Assembly (NCBI GenBank): GCA_964419785.1
Contig: CAYQRM010000112.1
Coordinates: forward strand, 5,927 to 69,926
Reading direction: 5' to 3'
Source of the DNA: an uncultured Solibacteraceae bacterium
GTDB lineage: Bacteria; Acidobacteriota; Vicinamibacteria; Vicinamibacterales; SCN-69-37
Length of the DNA: 64,000 nucleotides
Below the pieces are notes generated by a model that saw only the letters and a program-made list of their open reading frames with translations, was not told the origin of the DNA and searched no databases. How positions within the stretch are numbered: position 1 is the stretch's first letter; every line of letters starts with the position of its first letter. A program made the position numbers and the translations under genes. Positions 25,873 to 34,445 of the stretch are shown one piece after another.

Positions 25873-27396
25873 GTGCCCACGTACGGCTTCGTCATCGATC
25901 TGCGCAAGTGCATCGGGTGTCACGCGTGCACGATCGCCTGCAAGGCCGAACACGACATTCCCGTCGGCGTCAATCGCTGCTGGGTCAAGACGGTCGAGCG
26001 CGGCAAGTTTCCAGACACACAACGCTTGTTCCTCCCGGTCCTGTGCAATCAGTGCACGGAAGCCCCATGCATGGCGATCTGCCCCACCGGCGCGCTCTTC
26101 AAGCGCAAGGACGGCATCGTCGATCTCAACAGCGCGTCCTGCATCGGCTGCCGCGCCTGCATGGCCGCGTGCCCGTACGATCAGCTCTTCATCGATCCGG
26201 GCACGCACACCGCCGAAAAGTGCAACTTCTGCGCGAACCGAATCGAGAATCAGCTGCAGCCCGCATGCGTGAGCGTGTGCCCGACCGAGTGCCGCATCTT
26301 CGGCGACCTCGACGATCCGACGAGCCAGGTCTCGGAGGTCGTCCAGCGCCAGCCGTTCATGGTCCGCAAGCCGGAGAAAGGCACCGGGCCCAAAGTCTTC
26401 TATTTGGGCGCGGACGAAAGCCTGCTGCGTCCGGAAATCGCCGCCCGGCCGATCCTTTTCAAGGAAGGTCAGGCGCACCTGCGTCCCCCCGGCGCCGTCG
26501 AGCCCGATCCGCTGCGCCCGGGTGATCCGCGCGTGGACTACGACGTTCCGCACAAAAAGGCGTGGGGATTCGATCTCGTGCTGTACCTCGTCGCCAAGGG
26601 CGTTTCGACCGGCGCGATGTTTCTGTCGGCGCTGTTCTGGCTGATGGGCGATCGATCGCCGCTCGTGAGCTTCGCGGGACCGTTCCTGTCGCTGGTGTTC
26701 GCGATGGGCACGGCCGTCCTGCTCATCGTCGATCTCGAGCGGCCGGAGCGCTTCTACTACATCCTCACGCGTCCGAACTGGCGATCGTGGCTCACGCGCG
26801 GTGCGGTGCTCCTCACCGCGCACAGCCTCGTCGCCGGCTTGTGGATTCTCTGTGTGCCGCTTGGCTGGACGATGGCGGTCACGCTCTTGGCTGTGCTCGC
26901 GCTGGCGACGTCGCTTGGCGCGACGGCGTACACCGGCTTCCTGTTCGCGCAGGGTCTGGCGCGCGATCTCTGGCAGGGCCCGCACGCGACGATCGATTTG
27001 ATCGTGCAGGCGGCTGCCGAGGGCAGCGCCGCCATGCTCATCGTCGCGATCGTGGCCGGCGGAGAGCACAGCACCATCCGCGCGCTCGGGCTCACGCTGG
27101 CGTTCGCGTCGCTCGCGCACATGACGATTCTCGTGCTCGAGCATCTGCTCACACCGAGCCCGACCGTGCATCACGAGCTGGCGGTGCGCGCGATTCGCTT
27201 CGGCACGTACCGGCAACTCTTTTGGGCCGGCGCGCTCGGCCTCGGCGGCCTGGCGCCAATTCTGCTCGTCTCGTTCGCTTCGCTCGCGAGCTTCTCGCTC
27301 GTCACGCTCGTCGCCGCCTCGCTGTTGGCGCTGACGGGGAGCCTGGCGTGGGGGTACGTTTGGGTGGAGGCCGGGCAGGCTGTACCTAACTCGTAA
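25873..27396 (+). CDS. fused 4Fe-4S ferredoxin (PsrB/DmsB-like) and NrfD/PsrC-like 8-TM membrane anchor
   Basis: GTG 25873 begins VPTYGFVIDLRKCIGCHACTIACK. Four Cys clusters (CIGCHACTIAC, CNQCTEAPC, CIGCRACMAACP, CNFC...CVSVCP) are followed by about 8 predicted TM helices. The upstream part of the 554-aa ORF overlaps the methylase 3' end and is not coding. Confidence 0.8.
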   Translation: MPTYGFVIDLRKCIGCHACTIACKAEHDIPVGVNRCWVKTVERGKFPDTQRLFLPVLCNQCTEAPCMAICPTGALFKRKDGIVDLNSASCIGCRACMAACPYDQLFIDPGTHTAEKCNFCANRIENQLQPACVSVCPTECRIFGDLDDPTSQVSEVVQRQPFMVRKPEKGTGPKVFYLGADESLLRPEIAARPILFKEGQAHLRPPGAVEPDPLRPGDPRVDYDVPHKKAWGFDLVLYLVAKGVSTGAMFLSALFWLMGDRSPLVSFAGPFLSLVFAMGTAVLLIVDLERPERFYYILTRPNWRSWLTRGAVLLTAHSLVAGLWILCVPLGWTMAVTLLAVLALATSLGATAYTGFLFAQGLARDLWQGPHATIDLIVQAAAEGSAAMLIVAIVAGGEHSTIRALGLTLAFASLAHMTILVLEHLLTPSPTVHHELAVRAIRFGTYRQLFWAGALGLGGLAPILLVSFASLASFSLVTLVAASLLALTGSLAWGYVWVEAGQAVPNS

Positions 27397-27442
27397 TGAG
27401 GCAATGGGGCATTGGGGCACGCACTGCCTCATTGCTCCATTG
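27396..27442. repeat. REP-like hairpin of the CATTGCCY octamer family
   Basis: atgaggcaatggggcattggggc...tgcctcattgctccattg in the 62-nt spacer between the FeS/NrfD and Mo-subunit genes. Related copies at 30212-30230 and 52369-52434. Confidence 0.7.
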
Positions 27443-27458
27443 ACGCGATTCAACGCGA

Positions 27459-30215
27459 ATGTCTGACTTCCCAAAGCACCCTGACCCATCGAAGTGGGAC
27501 AACTACGTCGATTTCGAATCGACGAGCTGGCCGAAGAAAGATCGCCGGCGGTACTGGATCATTCCGAGCATCTGTTTCAACTGCGAGTCGGCGTGCGGAA
27601 TTCTCACGTACGTCGACAAGGACACGCTCGAGGTTCGCAAGATCGAAGGCAACCCGGTGCATCCCGGCTCGCGCGGCCGGACGTGCGCGAAGGGCGTGGT
27701 GACGCCGAATCAGCTCGAGGATCCCGATCGGGTGCTGTATCCGCTCAAGCGGAACGGCGCGCGCGGCGGCGGCGGCTGGACGCGCGTGTCGTGGGACGAA
27801 GTGCTCGAGGATCTCGGCGGCCGGATCCGCAAGGCGATTCAGGAGGACCGCCGGCACGAAGTGATGTACCACGTCGGCCGGCCCGGCGAGGACGGCTACG
27901 TCAACCGCGTGTTGCAGTGCTGGGGCCTCGACGGGCACAACAGCCACACGAACGTCTGCTCGTCGTCGGCGCGGCTCGGACATTTTCTGTGGACCGGCGC
28001 GGATCGGCCGTCGCCCGATCACGCCAACGCGAAGACGATCCTGCTGCTCTCCTCGCACCTCGAGGCGGGACACTACTTCAACCCGCACGCACAGCGGATC
28101 ATCGAAGGCCAGTCGCACGGCGCGACACTCATCGTCATCGATCCGCGTTTGTCGAACACGTCGGCCAAAGCCAATCTCTGGCTGCCGGCGCAGCCGGGCA
28201 CTGAGAGCGCGCTTCTGCTCGCGATCGCGCGGTATTTGATCGATCGCAAGAAGTACAACCGCGAGTTCGTGCGCCGCTGGGTGAACTGGGAGGCGTATCT
28301 CGAGGCCGGCTGGCCCGACCTGCCGCGGACGTTCGACAGCTTCGAAGACGCCCTGAAGCAGGACTACGAAGTGTTCACGCCGGAGTACGCCGAAATCGAA
28401 TGCGGCGTGCCGGCCGCGCGCGTGATCGAGGCCGCAGAAGCGATCGCGGCGGCGGGCACGGCGTTCTCGACGCACAGCTGGCGCGCGGCCGCATCGGGTC
28501 ACCTCTGGGGCTGGCAGATCACGCGCTGCCTCTATTTCCTCGTCGTGCTGATGGGCGCGATCGGTGAGCCGGGCGGAACGAACTTGCACGTCACGAACAA
28601 ATTCGTGCCGAAGCATCCCAATCCCCCGCCGCCGCCCGACTACTGGAACGAGTTGCTCTTCCCGAAGGAGTTTCCGCTCGCGTTCTTCGAGATGAGCTTC
28701 CTGCTTCCGCACTTTCTCAAAGAAGGACGCGGGCGGCTGGACACCTACTTCACGCGCGTCTACAACCCACTCTGGACGAATCCCGACGGCTTCACGTGGA
28801 TGGAGGTGCTGAAGGACGAGTCGAAGATCGGCATGCACATCGCGCTCACGCCGATCTGGAGCGAGACGGCGTGGTTCGCGGACTACGTGCTGCCGATGGG
28901 CCTCGGCACCGAGCGTCACGATCTCATGAGTCAGGAGACGCACGCCGGCCGATGGCTCGGCTTCCGGCAACCCGTCAAGCGCGTCGCGCTCGAGAAGAAA
29001 GGCAAGACCGTCGATCACACCTACGACGCGAATCCCGGCGAGGTGTGGGAAGAAGCCGAGTTCTGGATCGCGCTCTCGTGGAAGATCGATCCCGACGGGT
29101 CGCTCGGCATCCGCAAGTTCTTCGAATCGCCCACGCGGCCGGGCGAGATGATCACGCTCGATGAGTACTTCGGTTGGATCTTCGAGCACTCGGTGCCGGG
29201 CCTGCCTGAAGCGGCCGCCAAAGAAGCGCTCACGCCGCTTCAGTACATGCGGCGTTACGGCGTGTTCAAGGTCGACGAGGTCGCCTACAGCAAGGCGCAC
29301 GAGCAGTCGCTGTCCGCAGCCGCCATGAAAGGCGCGTCGATCGACGACACCACGAACCTCATCAGGAAGGACGGCGCCACGATTGGCGTCGTGATCGACG
29401 GCATGCCGCGCGTCGGATTCAACACGCCGTCACGCAAGCTGGAGTTCTACTCGCCGACGCTCGCGGCGTGGGGCTGGCCCGAGCACGCGATCCCGCTCTA
29501 CATCCCGGGTCAGGTCTACTGGCGCGACCTCAATCGCGCTGCCAACGAATTCGATTTGCTGCCGAACTTCCGGCTGCCCACGCTCGTGCACACCCGCTCG
29601 CCCGTGAAGTGGCTGTACGAGATCTCGCACAACAATCCACTGTGGATTTCGACCGGAGATGCGATCGCGCTCGGCCTCGCCGCCGGCGATCTCGTCAAGG
29701 TGAAAACCGCGATCGGATACTTCGTCACGCGCGCGTGGGTCACCGAAGGCATCCGTCCAGGCGTCGTCGGGATGTCGCATCACCTCGGACGATGGCGGCT
29801 CAACGAAGATCAGGGTGGCGCGCGCGCTGCCTCGTCGCTCGTGCGCATCGTGCCCGACGGCGAGGGGCGCTACAAGATGCGGCAGGTCCACGGCGTCAAG
29901 TCGTTCTCGAGTGACGATCCCGACAGCGGGCGCGTCTGGTGGAGCGAGATCGGCGTCCATCAAAACCTGACGTTCCCCGTGCAACCCGATCCCGTGAGCG
30001 GCATGCATTGCTGGCACCAGCGCGTGACGGTCGAGAAGGCCGGCGCCGACGATCGCTACGGCGACATCGTCGTCGATACCAACGAGTCGTACCGGATTTA
30101 TCAGGAATGGATGGCGAAGACACGCCCCGCGCCTGGACCTGATGGCACGCGACGGCCGATGTGGTTCGACCGACCGCTGCGACCGACGCCAGCTGCGTAC
30201 AAGATCGACAAATGA
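27459..30215 (+). CDS. molybdopterin (bis-MGD) oxidoreductase catalytic subunit, no Tat signal
   Basis: 918 aa. FS0 motif CFNCESACGI...RTCAKG near the N-terminus. Colinear with the DMSO-reductase superfamily Psr/Ttr-type A subunits. The N-terminus MSDFPKHPDPSKWDNY lacks an RR-plus-hydrophobic signal. Confidence 0.8.
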   Translation: MSDFPKHPDPSKWDNYVDFESTSWPKKDRRRYWIIPSICFNCESACGILTYVDKDTLEVRKIEGNPVHPGSRGRTCAKGVVTPNQLEDPDRVLYPLKRNGARGGGGWTRVSWDEVLEDLGGRIRKAIQEDRRHEVMYHVGRPGEDGYVNRVLQCWGLDGHNSHTNVCSSSARLGHFLWTGADRPSPDHANAKTILLLSSHLEAGHYFNPHAQRIIEGQSHGATLIVIDPRLSNTSAKANLWLPAQPGTESALLLAIARYLIDRKKYNREFVRRWVNWEAYLEAGWPDLPRTFDSFEDALKQDYEVFTPEYAEIECGVPAARVIEAAEAIAAAGTAFSTHSWRAAASGHLWGWQITRCLYFLVVLMGAIGEPGGTNLHVTNKFVPKHPNPPPPPDYWNELLFPKEFPLAFFEMSFLLPHFLKEGRGRLDTYFTRVYNPLWTNPDGFTWMEVLKDESKIGMHIALTPIWSETAWFADYVLPMGLGTERHDLMSQETHAGRWLGFRQPVKRVALEKKGKTVDHTYDANPGEVWEEAEFWIALSWKIDPDGSLGIRKFFESPTRPGEMITLDEYFGWIFEHSVPGLPEAAAKEALTPLQYMRRYGVFKVDEVAYSKAHEQSLSAAAMKGASIDDTTNLIRKDGATIGVVIDGMPRVGFNTPSRKLEFYSPTLAAWGWPEHAIPLYIPGQVYWRDLNRAANEFDLLPNFRLPTLVHTRSPVKWLYEISHNNPLWISTGDAIALGLAAGDLVKVKTAIGYFVTRAWVTEGIRPGVVGMSHHLGRWRLNEDQGGARAASSLVRIVPDGEGRYKMRQVHGVKSFSSDDPDSGRVWWSEIGVHQNLTFPVQPDPVSGMHCWHQRVTVEKAGADDRYGDIVVDTNESYRIYQEWMAKTRPAPGPDGTRRPMWFDRPLRPTPAAYKIDK

Positions 30216-30230
30216 GGCATTGCCCCATTT
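30212..30230. repeat. short copy of the CATTGCCY element family
   Basis: atgaggcattgccccattt spans the gap between two convergent stop codons. Confidence 0.5.
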
Positions 30231-31352
30231 CTAACGACGAGTGATATCGGCTCTTAGAATGCGGCAATCGGGGTTTGTCCCTGACACCGTGCAATTCGTG
30301 AAGTAGATCGCCCTGCTGTCGGCCGACCAGCGCGGCGTTGTCGCCTGGCCGAGGGTGTTGGCGACGAGCGTCGGATGGCTGCCGTCGGCGTCCATCACGA
30401 AGATCTGATCGTGCGACCGCCGATCCGACGCAAACGCGATGTGGCGGCCGTCGGGCGACCAGGCCGGCCAGCCATCGAATGACGCATCGTTGGTCAGGTT
30501 GCGCTCGCCGGTACCGTCGGCGTTGACAGCGAAGATCTCCGAGTTCGATCCGACGACCTTGCGGAATGCCAGCTGCGAGCCGTCGGGCGACCACGACGGG
30601 AACGTGTCGACTGCACCATCGTGCGTGATGAACCGGCGTCCCGTGCCGTCTTTGTGAATCTCGACGAGCTCGAACTGAGCGGCCGCACCGGGCGCGCTCG
30701 TCTGGACGCTGTACGCGAGGCGGTCGCTGTCGGGCGCCCACGACGGATCAATCGCCGCGCCGGCTTCCCTGGTCACCTGTTGCAGTCCGGTACCGTCGCT
30801 GTTGATCACGAAGAGCTGCGACGGGCCGGCCACGTCCGACACGAACGCGATGAGCTTGCCGTCGGGCGACCACGCCGGGGCATCGTCATTCGCGTCGTGA
30901 GCCATCAGGCGCCGCGGGGGGCCGCCGCCGAACGTGATTGCGAACAGCTGATCGCGTCCGTCCACGTTCGCGACGTACGCCATCTGCTTGCCGTTGGGCG
31001 CGAGCGTCAGCGCCACGCTGAACGTGTGCGTAACTTCCTCGGCCGCGTCGGCATCGACCGACCGCATCGAGTACCACAGCGTGATCGCCATGACGATGAG
31101 GACGATGGCGGTCGATGATGCGAGCAGCGTGTCGTGGCGTCGCACGGCGTCGACGAATGACGCGACGATCCGCGTCACAGGAATGGCCATGAGGATCGCC
31201 AGGCCGATCCTCAGCATCATGGACGCGCGGTCGCTGCCCACGAACGACAGGATGAGGCCGACGATGAGCGCGGCAGCACAGAGGCCGACGCCCAGCCGCA
31301 GCACGCGGCCGATCTGTTCCTCGAGACGGTTCAGCTCGGCGGTCGCCATCAC
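30231..31352 (-). CDS. DUF1634-like membrane domain fused to a TolB-like (PD40) beta-propeller
   Basis: 373 aa. N-terminal ~110 aa has 3 TM helices. Then repeated PAWSPDGKLIAF, PSWAPDSDRLAY, PSWSPDGSQLAF, PAWSPDGRHIAF, PRWSADSRAIYF. GTG start overlaps the TauE stop (GTGA). Confidence 0.7.
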   Translation of the reverse strand: MMATAELNRLEEQIGRVLRLGVGLCAAALIVGLILSFVGSDRASMMLRIGLAILMAIPVTRIVASFVDAVRRHDTLLASSTAIVLIVMAITLWYSMRSVDADAAEEVTHTFSVALTLAPNGKQMAYVANVDGRDQLFAITFGGGPPRRLMAHDANDDAPAWSPDGKLIAFVSDVAGPSQLFVINSDGTGLQQVTREAGAAIDPSWAPDSDRLAYSVQTSAPGAAAQFELVEIHKDGTGRRFITHDGAVDTFPSWSPDGSQLAFRKVVGSNSEIFAVNADGTGERNLTNDASFDGWPAWSPDGRHIAFASDRRSHDQIFVMDADGSHPTLVANTLGQATTPRWSADSRAIYFTNCTVSGTNPDCRILRADITRR

Positions 31353-32167
31353 CCGGGCCTCACAACGAAGTAGATCACCGCGACGGTCACGAGCACGGCC
31401 GCCATCAGCAACTTGTGCGCGCGAGCGCCGCTCCGGGCGCTAATCGCGAATCCGAGGCGCGATCCGAGGAGCACGCCGAGGACGGCCGCCGCGGCGAACT
31501 CGGGCACGACGTCGCCGCGGATGAAATAGTTGATCGCGCCAATCACGGCGGTGGCCGCGATCATCAGCGCGCTCGTTGCGGCCGCGACGCGCACCGGCAC
31601 GCCGCACCACGCGTTGAGCGCCGGCTCTTTCAGCACGCCGCCGCCGATGCCGAGCATCGACACGACGCCCGCGAAGAATGAGATGCCGAACGCCACGATC
31701 GGCCGCGTGAGCTGATACGCGACCTCGGCGCCCGTGTCGTCATCGTGGTACCGTCCGCCGAGCAGGCCGACGTCGATGTGGGGATCGCGAATCACGTTGC
31801 GTCGATCGAGGCGGCTGAGCGTGACCGCGGCCACCAACGCCATCACGACGCCGAAAATCAGTCTCAACGAGGCGTCGGAGAACCGGTGCACGAAGTACAG
31901 TCCGACCAGCCCGCCCGTCGTCGTGAAGATTTCGAGGACCATGCCGAGGCGGAGATTGACGAGGCGGAGACGCCCCGGCGATGCGGAGGTGACGCTGGAG
32001 GTCGCGATGACCGTGATCAGGCTGATGCCGAACGCGGTCCGCACCGGCAGGCCGAGCACGAGATTCAGGAACGGCACGAGGAAGACACCGCCCCCGATGC
32101 CCAGGAGCGCGCCGAGCGCGCCGGCCACGGCGCCAGCGACGAGCGTCATCACAGCCGGCACGATCAC
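31349..32167 (-). CDS. TauE/SafE (TSUP, DUF81) family anion exporter
   Basis: Polytopic membrane protein with twice-repeated GIGGGV motifs (LLGIGGGVFLVP and MLGIGGGVLKEP). Start taken as GTG 32167 (ATG 32149 also possible). The upstream part of the 332-aa ORF is Arg/Pro-rich and non-coding. Confidence 0.75.
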   Translation of the reverse strand: MIVPAVMTLVAGAVAGALGALLGIGGGVFLVPFLNLVLGLPVRTAFGISLITVIATSSVTSASPGRLRLVNLRLGMVLEIFTTTGGLVGLYFVHRFSDASLRLIFGVVMALVAAVTLSRLDRRNVIRDPHIDVGLLGGRYHDDDTGAEVAYQLTRPIVAFGISFFAGVVSMLGIGGGVLKEPALNAWCGVPVRVAAATSALMIAATAVIGAINYFIRGDVVPEFAAAAVLGVLLGSRLGFAISARSGARAHKLLMAAVLVTVAVIYFVVRPG

Positions 32168-32271
32168 GGCCGAAATCGTAACACTTCGCGATGGCAGCCC
32201 TGGAAACCGCGCGGTTTGCGCGCACCTCGTCCAGGGGTCAGAATGATCTGAGCACCCTTTGGGGAGGTCCC

Positions 32272-32721
32272 ATGATGGCCCGGTTCGTTGTAGCGGTTGG
32301 ACTTGCTGTCGCCGCTCAGGCCCCACAAGCGCCCGCGCGCGATCCACTATTCAGCGCGAAGCACTTGTCGTGCTCGTTTCCCGTGTATGCCGCGCCGGTC
32401 TGGAAAGACGGCGCCGCACAGGTCGTGAGTCGCGCGCAGGATTTCAGTTTTGACATCGACTCGATCGATAACAGGCCGAAGAAGAACAACGCACGGATCG
32501 TCGCTCCGGGCGGCGCGACGGCGCACGCGTCGACGGTCGTCACGCCCACCGGACTGAATGTGATCGAAGCGACGCCGGGCGGCAATCTCAACATCACGAC
32601 GATCTTTGTCGCCGGCGGTCCAAGCGGCAAGTATCTTGCAGTGCACTCACGGCATCTCGGCGATCCGAATTCTGCACCGTCCGTGTCGCAGAACTACGGT
32701 ACGTGCGGCATCGTGCCCTGA
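32272..32721 (+). CDS. hypothetical secreted protein
   Basis: Start at MMARFVVAVGLAVAAQA (signal peptide). 149 aa. No motif I recognise. Codon usage looks coding. Confidence 0.5.
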   Translation: MMARFVVAVGLAVAAQAPQAPARDPLFSAKHLSCSFPVYAAPVWKDGAAQVVSRAQDFSFDIDSIDNRPKKNNARIVAPGGATAHASTVVTPTGLNVIEATPGGNLNITTIFVAGGPSGKYLAVHSRHLGDPNSAPSVSQNYGTCGIVP

Positions 32722-32735
32722 CAGGGAGAGTGAGC

Positions 32736-33362
32736 ATGCGCAGCGGACATTCGACCCTCCGCACTTTCGCGGGAGTCATCGTCGCAAGCATCGTCGTGTC
32801 GGCGATCGGCGTGCCGCTGGGTGCGCGCCAGATCCGGGCGGGCGTGCTCGCCACGTGGAAGGACGGAGAGACGTGGACGCAGTATCACGACGATACGCGT
32901 GAAACCGAGAAGGGTCTCGGACTCATCCTGGGCGGCTCGGGCGGGCAGATGCGACTCTCCTTCGTCGCTCGGCTCGCGGGCCGCTTCCCCAATAAGCCGC
33001 CGTCGACGGTCGCGATCGAAGCGGCCGCCGACCCGATGGGCAATCCGAACACGCTCAGAAATCCGACGCTCCGGTTTCTCGTGACGCCCGCGCCTGACGA
33101 CAAACAGCCGCCGGACCAGAAACGCATGGTGGACGAGAAGCCCATCGTGCTGGAACTTTCGGATCGGATGGTCGTCGACAATCCCGCACCGGGCGCGATG
33201 GTCAACGACGCCGTCGCCAGACTCAAGCCCGAGGAGTTCGAAGCGATCGCCTACGCGAAAGCCGTCAAGGCGCACATCTTCATGGTCGACGTCGAATTCA
33301 GCGCCGCCCAGTTGAAGGCCCTGCAGAAGTACGCCGAGAGCGTCTTCCTGAAGAAGAACTGA
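32736..33362 (+). CDS. hypothetical secreted protein
   Basis: MRSGHSTLRTFAGVIVASIVVSAIGVPLGA signal/anchor. 208 aa. No recognisable motif. Confidence 0.5.
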   Translation: MRSGHSTLRTFAGVIVASIVVSAIGVPLGARQIRAGVLATWKDGETWTQYHDDTRETEKGLGLILGGSGGQMRLSFVARLAGRFPNKPPSTVAIEAAADPMGNPNTLRNPTLRFLVTPAPDDKQPPDQKRMVDEKPIVLELSDRMVVDNPAPGAMVNDAVARLKPEEFEAIAYAKAVKAHIFMVDVEFSAAQLKALQKYAESVFLKKN

Positions 33363-33363
33363 C

Positions 33364-34275
33364 GTGCGTCGCTGGCGCGCGTACGCGCTGCGCTCGCTGA
33401 CGGCGATCGTCCTGGTCGTCGCGACAGGCGCGGCATCTGTCACGCGTTCGCGCGCGCACGAGCTCATCACCAATCCGCGCGCAACGAGACACCTCTCGAC
33501 GAGAACCCCCGCCGACTATGGTATGCCGTACGAGGAAGCGACAGTCACGACGGCCGACGGTCTGAAGCTCGTCGGTTGGTTCGTACCCTCACAGAACGGC
33601 GCGTCGCTGATCCTCGTGCACGGCTACAAGGATCAGCGCGGATCGATGCTGCAGGTCGCGAGCGTTCTGCATCGACACGGCTACGGGCTGCTGATCCTTT
33701 CGGTACGGGCGCACGACTTGAGCGACGGCGAGCTGATTTCGTTCGGTCATTATGAGATGCAGGACCTCGACGCCTGGTATGCGTACGAGATCGCGCATCC
33801 CGGCGTCGATCCGGGCGAGATCGGCATCTTCGGCGTATCGATGGGTGGATCGCTGGCGCTGCAATACGGCGCGCGCAACCCCCGTATCGCTGCCATCGTC
33901 GCCGACAGCGCGTTCTCGTCGCTTTCCGACACCGTCGCCACCAGCGTAAAGTTCTTCACCGGCCTGCCGCCGTTCCCGTTCGCGCCGATGATCTTGTTCT
34001 GGTCCGAGCGCGAGGCCGGCTACGACGTCAGCGAGATCGACGCGAAGCGCTGGATTCCGCAACTCTCGCCGCGCCCGGTCTTCGTCATGCAGGGCGATGC
34101 GGACGTCGTCGTCTCACCGCGAAGCGGCGAACGGCTCTACGAGGCCGCCGGCCAGCCGAAGGAATTCTGGCACGAGCCCGACGTCGGCCACGCGCAGTTC
34201 CTGCAGAAGCATCCCGCCGACTTCGAGCGGCGCGTCGTCGGATTCTTCGATCGGTACTTGCTGCATACGAAGTGA
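33364..34275 (+). CDS. alpha/beta hydrolase (BAAT/dienelactone-hydrolase-like)
   Basis: 303 aa. ILVHGY, nucleophile elbow GVSMGGS, VMQGDADVVV, C-terminal GHAQF. Confidence 0.8.
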   Translation: MRRWRAYALRSLTAIVLVVATGAASVTRSRAHELITNPRATRHLSTRTPADYGMPYEEATVTTADGLKLVGWFVPSQNGASLILVHGYKDQRGSMLQVASVLHRHGYGLLILSVRAHDLSDGELISFGHYEMQDLDAWYAYEIAHPGVDPGEIGIFGVSMGGSLALQYGARNPRIAAIVADSAFSSLSDTVATSVKFFTGLPPFPFAPMILFWSEREAGYDVSEIDAKRWIPQLSPRPVFVMQGDADVVVSPRSGERLYEAAGQPKEFWHEPDVGHAQFLQKHPADFERRVVGFFDRYLLHTK

Positions 34276-34300
34276 TCACGCGGCATCGGTGATCGGATCA

Positions 34301-34442
34301 ACCACGAAGCTCACGAAGGCCACGAAGCAAGAGTGCCAGCGATCGTGGCTAAGAGCCGACCAACCACGTAGGCTCGCGGCGGCGCCGTCGATCTGACGGC
34401 GCGGTTCTCTCCGAGCTTCGTGGCCCTTCGTGAGCTTCGTGG
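34301..34442. repeat. 28/29-nt inverted repeats built of three CACGAAG nonamers, flanking an ~85-nt core (REP/MITE-like element or bidirectional terminator)
   Basis: Left arm accacgaagctcacgaaggccacgaagc (34301-34328). Right arm gcttcgtggcccttcgtgagcttcgtggt (34414-34442). One indel. Lies between convergent genes. A 22-nt partial copy is at 48151-48172. Confidence 0.8.
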
Positions 34443-34445
34443 TGA

